From Candidatus Gastranaerophilales bacterium (GTDB taxonomy: Bacteria > Cyanobacteriota > Vampirovibrionia > Gastranaerophilales > Gastranaerophilaceae), in assembly GCA_944325945.1 (NCBI GenBank), contig CALVBW010000023.1, positions 21,825 to 85,824 of the forward strand: 64,000 bases of DNA, read 5' to 3'. The notes below the pieces were generated by a model that was not told the DNA's origin, made no database searches, and saw nothing but the letters and a program-made list of their open reading frames with translations. The position numbers and the translations under genes were made by a program. The first letter of the stretch is position 1; each line of letters opens with the position of its first letter. This document shows positions 1-6,709 of the stretch, one piece after another.

Positions 1-449
1 TATTCGTTAATTTTTTTGACGTAAGTTACCTGCGGAACATTTAACAGGCTTGCAATACAGGGACCTGTTTGTGCTGTATCACCGTCAATTGCAAACTGCC
101 CGCAAAGAATTATGTCAAAGTCAGGCATAATCTTTTTTATTGCAGCCGAAACCGTTTTGCCTGTTGCAAAGGTATCTGCACCCGCGAATTTTCGATCACT
201 GATTAAAACTCCGTTATCAACTCCGAGGGCGATGATATTTTTCAGCATATCTTCCGCCTGCATAGGTCCCATTGTAAATACCGTAATTTCTGCACCATAA
301 GCCTTTTTTAGCCTGAGTGCGGCTTCAACTGCATAAACATCATAAGGGTTCAAAATACTTTCAACCCCTTCACGCTGCATCGTGTTATTTTCGGTCCATT
401 TGATATCTGATGTATCAGGAACCTGTTTTACGCATAAAGCTATTTTCAT
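1..449 (-). CDS. etfB: Electron transfer flavoprotein beta subunit, N-terminal part; gene runs off the left window edge
   Basis: Absent from the ORF track because no stop lies in the window. Minus-strand translation from ATG 447-449 reads MKIALCVKQVPDTSDIKWTENNTMQREGVESILNPYDVYAVEAALRLKK..., a typical EtfB N-terminus. The start overlaps the stop of the upstream ORF (ATGA). Confidence 0.8.
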   Translation of the reverse strand, partial: MKIALCVKQVPDTSDIKWTENNTMQREGVESILNPYDVYAVEAALRLKKAYGAEITVFTMGPMQAEDMLKNIIALGVDNGVLISDRKFAGADTFATGKTVSAAIKKIMPDFDIILCGQFAIDGDTAQTGPCIASLLNVPQVTYVKKINE

Positions 450-628
450 TGATTAGTCGGTCTCTTTTTGCTGTTGGCTTCAATCAGTGCATTATAACCC
501 ATTATATACATTGAACATTTTTTTACATTAGCCATGTACCATGCACACTTTTCCTGTGTACAAACCATATCAATACCGCCTGATCCTATGCTTAATAACG
601 GGCAGAAAGGAATGTTATTATTTGCCAT
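446..628 (-). CDS. Small Cys-containing hypothetical protein (60 aa) between the NfnA-like gene and etfB
   Basis: ORF track 446..628. It is tightly packed in the operon, 9 nt after the upstream stop and with an ATGA overlap with etfB. It has four Cys (FCP..VCTQEKCAW..KKCSM). No family recognised. Confidence 0.4.
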   Translation of the reverse strand: MANNNIPFCPLLSIGSGGIDMVCTQEKCAWYMANVKKCSMYIMGYNALIEANSKKRPTNQ

Positions 629-636
629 AAGTCCTC

Positions 637-1476
637 CTATTTAACACTTTGTTTAAGTAAATTACAATTTTCGTCGCGTTTGCGTTCCTGATCTTTGTAA
701 ATACGGGTTCTATTTATAACCTCGTCAAAGTCGATTTTGTGTGCATCAAAATCAGGACCGTCAACACATGCAAATTTTGTTTCGCCGCCGACAGTAATAC
801 GGCATGCTCCGCACATACCCGTTCCGTCAACCATAATCGGGTTCATGCTGGCTTCCGTATAAATACCTTTATCGCGGGTCATATTTGCAACCGCTCTCAT
901 CATGGGCATCGGACCTACCGCAATCGCATAATCTATTTTTTCTTGTCCCATTAATCGTTCAAGAACCTGTGTTACAAAGCCTTTTTCGCCCAGAGTTCCG
1001 TCGTCGGTGGTGATAAAAAGTTCCGTGCAGGCATCTTTCATTTTGTCTGCCCAGAAGATTAATTCTTTTGTTCTTGCGCCCATTATCATATAAACTTTGT
1101 TGCCGGCTTCTTTGAAAGCTTTTGCAATCAAATAACATGGTGCTGCACCGTAGCCGCCTGCAAGACAAACTACCGTACCGTATTTTTTTATGTGTGTGGG
1201 CTGACCTAATGGTCCTACTATATCAACAATTTCATCACCTTCATTCAGTGCCGCAAGTTTTTTCGTTGAATATCCCACTGCCATAAAAACAAGTGTCAGA
1301 ATTCCTTTTTCTTTATCTACATCAGCTATTGTCAAAGGAACCCTCTCGCCGTTTTCTTCAGCTCTGAAAATTATAAACTGTCCGGCTTTTGCATTTCTTA
1401 CAACATAAGGTGCATCTACCTGTATTTCAAATTGATTAGGACAAATTTCTTTTTTTGATAATATTTTATAACCCAT
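637..1476 (-). CDS. Sulfide/dihydroorotate dehydrogenase-like FAD/NAD-binding subunit (NfnA/PyrK-like ferredoxin-NADP reductase small subunit)
   Basis: ORF 637..1560 trimmed to ATG 1474-1476, which follows GGTGGA. Starts MGYKILSKKEICPNQFEIQVDAP; contains RVPLTIADVD and GPLGQP; C-terminal Cys cluster GMCGACRITVGGETKFACVDGP. Confidence 0.8.
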   Translation of the reverse strand: MGYKILSKKEICPNQFEIQVDAPYVVRNAKAGQFIIFRAEENGERVPLTIADVDKEKGILTLVFMAVGYSTKKLAALNEGDEIVDIVGPLGQPTHIKKYGTVVCLAGGYGAAPCYLIAKAFKEAGNKVYMIMGARTKELIFWADKMKDACTELFITTDDGTLGEKGFVTQVLERLMGQEKIDYAIAVGPMPMMRAVANMTRDKGIYTEASMNPIMVDGTGMCGACRITVGGETKFACVDGPDFDAHKIDFDEVINRTRIYKDQERKRDENCNLLKQSVK

Positions 1477-1577
1477 AATTTCCACCTTCTGTAATTGAAT
1501 TATAGCACAAATTTTGATATAAGGGAATAAGGAAATTATAAATGCATTGTGAGGTGCCAAAGGTACTATAACCTACT

Positions 1578-1661
1578 GTCATGCTGAACTGGTTTCAGCA
1601 TCTCATTACGAGAGGATTGCCCCCTCACCCTTAGCCCCTCTCCCTCCGGGAGAGGGTAGAG
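1578..1661. repeat. Palindromic repeat cluster: GTCATGCTGAAC-N-GTTTCAGCATCTC unit (1578-1604) plus GC-rich hairpin CCCTCTCCC-tcc-GGGAGAGGG (1636-1656)
   Basis: Inverted repeats read directly. The same unit types recur at 2816-2877, 15267-15536, 19072-19137, 21135-21170, 22192-22218 and 22534-22572. Confidence 0.8.
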
Positions 1662-1695
1662 AATTTTATAATTTTGAGCGAAGCGAAAGAAACAA

Positions 1696-1730
1696 CTTAT
1701 TCTCTTATTACCCTATTACCTTATTCACTT
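1696..1730 (+). repeat. Tandem 8-bp array CTTATTCT CTTATTAC CCTATTAC CTTATTCA CTT, immediately 3' of pilin-like gene A
   Basis: Read directly. It is related to the CTTAGTnn arrays inside the pilin leaders and to the inverse array at 21010-21041. Confidence 0.75.
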
Positions 1731-1732
1731 GT

Positions 1733-2809
1733 TTAATCACCTATGCAAACCGCCTGTAGATTGTTATTGTTACGGTAGGTGTAGCTCCAGCTCGTACTGG
1801 TAGAGGAAAAGCCGCGGCGGCCGTACCCGATGCCGCTACCATACTCCTCACCGGACCAAACGAGGAAAGATGAGCCTTGAGAGGCTGTGAAGCCAAGCTC
1901 TGTTACTTTGTCATAGTCAAGTGTTAAATTGCGTGCATCGCCTTTGGCGCCTATGCCTGATGTGTTGTATACATAGTTTGCTATATCTGCTAATTGTGTA
2001 GCTGTTGGCATTTTACTTATACCTCCGCAGGCTTTTATAGCACCTGCCCAGTAATCACTTTTATGATAGCATTCTTTTATTCCAAGGTCACCTTTTAATT
2101 GTTCACATTCCGCCTCTGTAATAGGCTCAGGGAAAAACGGAGCAGTAAAACAAGTATTTCCCATTTTGAACGCACAGTTTCTTCCGTCAAGCGATTTAAC
2201 ATTAATAGAGCGTAAATCTTTTTGCTGAGTATTAGGAGTTTTAAATCCTGTGGTATCGTAAAGAATAGCTAAACAGGAAGTACCTGTAAATTGATTAGTA
2301 AAGGGCTGCTCTTTACACTCGGGATTATATGCAATAATCCCTGTAATACCGTTAGCGAATTGTACGCCGATGAGTTCGGTATCCCAATCATCCTGCCCGA
2401 AGTTGGAGGCATTTTTAATTTCTGTCATGTCGACTTCTTCTCCTTCAGCACCCCAGTAGACTTTGTCTTCAAAACAGGACATAATATCATTATTAGAACA
2501 AACTTTTGTAATTTTAAAGTATTTGCCTAAAGCACCGACAAAGTCAGCAGTAGATCTGTAGCCTGCCAGAACCTGCTGTGTATTCATTTGTTTAAGAGCT
2601 TCTTCTAATTTTCTTTCAAAGACAGACGCGGAAGTATTCCAGGTTTTGTTCTGATAATTCGCAATCAAAGTCGGAATAGTCATAGCGGCCACAACGCCTA
2701 TTATGCCGAGGGTGATAAGCACCTCAGCGAGGGTAAACGCGGCTTTTTTAGAAGATACTAAGTTACTAAGGCAGTAAGGCACTAAGAATTTACTGTGAGT
2801 TTCGCTCAC
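1733..2809 (-). CDS. Prepilin-type (type IV pilin-like/pseudopilin) protein, paralog A, with a DUF1566/FISUMP-like C-terminal domain
   Basis: N-terminus (GTG)SETHSKFLVPYCLSNLVSSKKAA-FTLAEVLITLGIIGVVAAMTIPTL is a class III signal (cleavage/methylation motif, Glu at +5, hydrophobic helix). The true start is uncertain; see the upstream ATG/G11 finding. Confidence 0.8.
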   Translation of the reverse strand: MSETHSKFLVPYCLSNLVSSKKAAFTLAEVLITLGIIGVVAAMTIPTLIANYQNKTWNTSASVFERKLEEALKQMNTQQVLAGYRSTADFVGALGKYFKITKVCSNNDIMSCFEDKVYWGAEGEEVDMTEIKNASNFGQDDWDTELIGVQFANGITGIIAYNPECKEQPFTNQFTGTSCLAILYDTTGFKTPNTQQKDLRSINVKSLDGRNCAFKMGNTCFTAPFFPEPITEAECEQLKGDLGIKECYHKSDYWAGAIKACGGISKMPTATQLADIANYVYNTSGIGAKGDARNLTLDYDKVTELGFTASQGSSFLVWSGEEYGSGIGYGRRGFSSTSTSWSYTYRNNNNLQAVCIGD

Positions 2810-2815
2810 ATATTT

Positions 2816-2877
2816 GTCATTCCGAACTAGTTTCGGAATCTCTTTATTATGAGATGCTGAAACTGGTTCAGCATGAC
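2816..2877. repeat. Two palindromic repeat units in opposite orientation (2816-2842 GTCATTCCGAACTAGTTTCGGAATCTC; 2851-2877 GAGATGCTGAAACTGGTTCAGCATGAC)
   Basis: Read directly. They lie inside the stop-free leader of gene A. Confidence 0.8.
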
Positions 2878-2894
2878 CGGAGGTTAAGCTACTG

Positions 2895-2905
2895 CCCCCC
2901 CCCCC
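2895..2905 (-). repeat. Homopolymer tract: C11 on the plus strand, G11 on the coding strand of gene A
   Basis: Counted from the sequence (actgCCCCCCCCCCCtgagt). It lies 12 codons after an SD-ATG (ATG 2940-2942). Confidence 0.9.
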
Positions 2906-2975
2906 TGAGTGAAAAGTAGTCGTGATGCGTATTTGCGCCCATTTTTTAAACCTCCAAATATCCTGTTACTGTTTT

Positions 2976-3004
2976 ATTATATCATTTTTTATACATGTGT
3001 GCAA
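2976..3004 (-). promoter_or_regulatory. Putative sigma70-type promoter of pilin locus A (TTGCAC-17 nt-TATAAT)
   Basis: Minus strand has TTGCAC (2999-3004), a 17-nt spacer and TATAAT (2976-2981), followed by GGAGG (2951-2955) and ATG (2940-2942). Confidence 0.5.
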
Positions 3005-3009
3005 TCAGC

Positions 3010-4059
3010 TTATTCCTCAATAACCTCGTAGTGATATTTTGGATTTTCTGCTAATCTTTTTTCTATTTCTTCAAAAGTTAAAAGCCCCTGTGTTGCTCCG
3101 AATTGGGAAACAACTCCCGCTGAATTTACGGAGGCATACATCAAAGATTTGCCTAAATTACGGTTTGTACGCTGTAAAGCCGCGCAGAATGTTGATGCAA
3201 AAGCATCGCCCGCCCCGAGTGTTGATACAACAGGCCCGTCAAAAATCGGACAGTGGTAGTAATTATTTCCGTCATAGGCATAGGCGCCGTTTCCGCCGTC
3301 TGTGATTACTATTACCTGATAGTCGCAAACCTTTAATTTTTTGAACATTTCTTTTAGATCCGGATGGATTAATTGATCGGAAAATTTTTCGTCGCGTGTA
3401 TCAGGACGTATTTGAATTCCTGTTGCCATTGACGCTTCATCTTTATTCATTACAACGATTTGCGCTGTTGCAATGATTTGTTTTAAGTAGTTAAATCCTT
3501 TTTTAATGCTTGTTGTGCCTGCGTTAAAACATACAAAAGTCCCGTTTTCTTTTGCAAAATTAACTATATCATCCAGAACCTTGTTGCTTTCGCCGTTTAA
3601 CGGCGCAATATATAGAAGAGTAGAATTTTTAATGGCTTCAAAGTTGATTTCAGACTTTTGAATTAAAGCGTTTGCGCCTCTGTGTGCCAGAACGGTTCTG
3701 TCGCCTTCAAAACTTGTCAGAATAATTGAAAACCCTGTGCTGACGTCATCTCTTTGAATCGCATTGGATAAATCAACATTTTTATTTTCAAAAGATTTGA
3801 AAATGCCTTTTGAATAAATATCGTTCCCGACTTTGAATATGGCGCTTGTTTTTAGCCCTAAATTCGCAAAGTTTACGGCTGTATTTATTCCTCCGCCTCC
3901 GACCTGTGAATCAAAATCCGTTATTTCCAGCTTAGCACCATACGGATAGCTCATAAATTCCGTTTTTTTATCTTTTCTGCATACGGATACAATATTTGCG
4001 TCGTCACTTTCCACAAATACATCCATTGTTGCGCTTCCTATTGTAATTACGTCAAACAT
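3010..4059 (-). CDS. PfkB-family carbohydrate kinase (ribokinase-like)
   Basis: 349 aa. Contains GGGGINTAVNFANLG and C-terminal DGGNGAY...STLGAGDAFASTF, the PfkB signature motifs. Confidence 0.8.
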   Translation of the reverse strand: MFDVITIGSATMDVFVESDDANIVSVCRKDKKTEFMSYPYGAKLEITDFDSQVGGGGINTAVNFANLGLKTSAIFKVGNDIYSKGIFKSFENKNVDLSNAIQRDDVSTGFSIILTSFEGDRTVLAHRGANALIQKSEINFEAIKNSTLLYIAPLNGESNKVLDDIVNFAKENGTFVCFNAGTTSIKKGFNYLKQIIATAQIVVMNKDEASMATGIQIRPDTRDEKFSDQLIHPDLKEMFKKLKVCDYQVIVITDGGNGAYAYDGNNYYHCPIFDGPVVSTLGAGDAFASTFCAALQRTNRNLGKSLMYASVNSAGVVSQFGATQGLLTFEEIEKRLAENPKYHYEVIEE

Positions 4060-4188
4060 AAATCTTTTCCCTTCTTTGTTTTTATCTTAGCATAAAAATG
4101 TTAAAATTTTTTAATGTTTTGCGGTAATGTGTCAAAAATATTTTTTTACGGATTTAAATATTGTTGTCGAAAAATAAAGGAAGATTAG

Positions 4189-6660
4189 ATGAAAATATAC
4201 TTTAACCCCGCAATTAAATCATACGTAAATAACAGGCAGCAAAATAAACATGAGGATAATAAGAATTTAAAAGAGAGTTATTCATATAATCCTGTTGCGT
4301 ACAGAGACTATAATATATCTTTTGGTGCAAGATTATTCAGGTCTCCTGAAAATTTTTACGAACAGGATTTTAACAAAGAAGGTATGCCGAAAACTTTGCA
4401 CCGGTATATTTACAACCCCGACAATTACAGCTTCAGAAAAACAATACCTCCGGCTCAGGCAATGAAAGAGGTTTTTGGCTCTATTTCAGGCATGCAGACA
4501 CTGGAAGAAGTGAAAGCGGCATTCCCTGACGAACCGTTATTTGCTGATTTGCATTCAAAATCATCAAGAAAAGCAAGAACAGGTCTGCTGGGCGAATTGG
4601 CACTCGTTCGTGAGGATGAGTTCTATGCCGGTAAATCTTTGTTTAAAAACGGTAAAGATGATCTTGGAATGTATATTTTGAAAAAGATATATGTTGAAGG
4701 TAAAACTTTAAAAGAAATAAATAAAGATTTCCAAAGGGATAAAAGTGTTGTTTACAATGGTTTGAGCGATATTCAATATACGGATGTTAAAGCGTTCGGT
4801 ATTAAGTTCCCTAAACGGGATTTTTGGAAGTCTTTTATTGCAACGCGTGAAGATTTTCCGTATGTTTATATCCCCAGAACAACAGAAGTAAGTAAATCTT
4901 CTGCACCGTCACATATTCATCGTGAAAATCCGGTAAAATATACTCCTAAAAAACGCTTTGAAGATTTGAAAGATTGGGAAATCGACAAAATTACCGATGC
5001 AATGCTGGAAGGTATGGGGGATAGAAAAGAAACTGAAAGACTTTTGAAAAAACGTAATTTACAAGATACTGAATCCCTGAATTTCGTTGCTAAATATATG
5101 GGTGAAATAAATTCTGTTGTGTTGGAAAAATTACATGTCTCAGAAGAAATGAAAGAATTTTTTGACAACTATGACAATTTAACTAAAACTCAGAAACAGA
5201 AATTCAAAGATTATTGGAAATCTCCTGAAACAAGAGAATTACGTTCACTTGTAATGTCGTCTACAATCAGATTTTTCTTTGATGTTTATGGTGTTGACGG
5301 CAACAATGAAGAATTTCAGGAGCTTTTGGAATATGCCCGCGGTATAAAAGCCAAAAGAGAAGCTCAGGAGCTTGAACATAATCGTATTCAAGCTGAGTAT
5401 GATGAAATGTTTAAAGAGCTTGATATGGCAGAACAAAATGAATTACCTAAAGAAGATATCAAAGAAGCACCGCAAATGACTTTTGATCAGCATCTTGAAA
5501 AAGAAGCAAAAAAATACAACGGTAAAGTATATACTTTTGTTGTTAAAGATGGTGTAAAAATTTCTATTGTGGCTAATCTTGCAGAATTAATGGCTCAAAA
5601 ATTCGCAAGTGAATATAGATTTTTACCAAATGCTTATGCAAAACAGTATACCAAGTTTGTATTAAATCATCATAAGGTTAATGACGATTATATGCTGTCT
5701 TTGTTATATAAAGTTGATAATTTGTTAGATCATGGCGATCTTTTATCCAATAAGCAATTATCTGATGATCCCGAAGAAAATAAAAAGTTAAATATGAATT
5801 ATGCCGAACAGATAAAAGAACAGCTTATGCCTGAAGAAAAAGTTAATTCTATAACTCAAGAAGTTTACAAAGATTTTGTGAAAAATAATAAAAAAACTTA
5901 TGATATAGCTACACAAACAATGATGGAGCTTGTTGTAAGGCTTATGAATTCTGAAGATAAAAGTGGTGATATTTCAGACGATATACAAAAGTTGTTGTCA
6001 GGCGATGAAGATGTAAATATAAAAATATCAGATATCTTAGATGTTGATTTTGTGGATATGTTACATAAAAACACATTAAGGAAAAGTAAACTTTTGAGAA
6101 GACATGATATCGCGTTTTTAAACCCTGAACAAATTTCTACAACGCTAAAGATGGCAGGATTTACTGATTTGTCTGTTGAAGATAAAAAATTTGTTGAAGA
6201 TACAATGGCAAAATATCAACAACCTTTGAATAATAAAGAGATAAGAAAGATAACCTACAAAATTATAGATAACCTGGTTAATTATCACACTGAAAAATCT
6301 GTTATACTGCAAGAACCTTATACGTTTTTATATAAAGCCGTTCAAAAAAATATAGAAAAGTATCCTGAAATCAAATCTTACCTTGTACAAACTTTGCAGA
6401 GATCATATGTACTGCCCCAAAATACTACTTTGCGGTATTTTATAGATGATAAAGCTGATAAGAATTTGTTAGAGGCTAAAACTGAAAGATTTATTATCGA
6501 ATTGATAACTAATGAGCCCGAAGTGGTTAGTCTGATGGCGTCAATAGATATGGAAAATATGGAAAAATATATTAAACCTTTTGATTACAATCTTTTTAGA
6601 AAAATGTGCGAATACAGACTTGTTGCATCACAATATTTTGCAAAAGCATCTAAAAAATAG
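4189..6660 (+). CDS. Large K/E-rich hypothetical protein (823 aa) with an N/Q-rich N-terminus and ISFGA motif
   Basis: ORF track; SD-like AAAGGAAG upstream of the ATG. No recognisable domain and no signal peptide. Confidence 0.7.
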   Translation: MKIYFNPAIKSYVNNRQQNKHEDNKNLKESYSYNPVAYRDYNISFGARLFRSPENFYEQDFNKEGMPKTLHRYIYNPDNYSFRKTIPPAQAMKEVFGSISGMQTLEEVKAAFPDEPLFADLHSKSSRKARTGLLGELALVREDEFYAGKSLFKNGKDDLGMYILKKIYVEGKTLKEINKDFQRDKSVVYNGLSDIQYTDVKAFGIKFPKRDFWKSFIATREDFPYVYIPRTTEVSKSSAPSHIHRENPVKYTPKKRFEDLKDWEIDKITDAMLEGMGDRKETERLLKKRNLQDTESLNFVAKYMGEINSVVLEKLHVSEEMKEFFDNYDNLTKTQKQKFKDYWKSPETRELRSLVMSSTIRFFFDVYGVDGNNEEFQELLEYARGIKAKREAQELEHNRIQAEYDEMFKELDMAEQNELPKEDIKEAPQMTFDQHLEKEAKKYNGKVYTFVVKDGVKISIVANLAELMAQKFASEYRFLPNAYAKQYTKFVLNHHKVNDDYMLSLLYKVDNLLDHGDLLSNKQLSDDPEENKKLNMNYAEQIKEQLMPEEKVNSITQEVYKDFVKNNKKTYDIATQTMMELVVRLMNSEDKSGDISDDIQKLLSGDEDVNIKISDILDVDFVDMLHKNTLRKSKLLRRHDIAFLNPEQISTTLKMAGFTDLSVEDKKFVEDTMAKYQQPLNNKEIRKITYKIIDNLVNYHTEKSVILQEPYTFLYKAVQKNIEKYPEIKSYLVQTLQRSYVLPQNTTLRYFIDDKADKNLLEAKTERFIIELITNEPEVVSLMASIDMENMEKYIKPFDYNLFRKMCEYRLVASQYFAKASKK

Positions 6661-6666
6661 CAAAAA

Positions 6667-6696
6667 ATAACCTTCCGAAAGGAAGGTTATTTTTTT
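6667..6696. terminator. Bidirectional rho-independent terminator between convergent genes
   Basis: ATAACCTTCC-gaaa-GGAAGGTTAT followed by T6 and preceded by an A-run. Confidence 0.75.
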
Positions 6697-6709
6697 AATG
6701 GTTTTTATA

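Noticed and set aside
637-1560. Long 5' extensions of several ORF-track entries (637..1560, 6710..8905, 22222..22533, 28275..29033, 29731..30525, 42797..43855, 43868..45844, 51730..52863, 59203..59970)
   Set aside because: In each case an internal ATG with a good SD matches the canonical N-terminus of the family or a signal peptide. The extensions overlap upstream genes or intergenic repeats.
2895-2905. G-quadruplex formation, as at the Neisseria pilE G4, as the role of the G tracts
   Set aside because: A single uninterrupted G9-11 run without three further G-runs nearby cannot form a canonical intramolecular G4. The frame arithmetic gives a simpler explanation.
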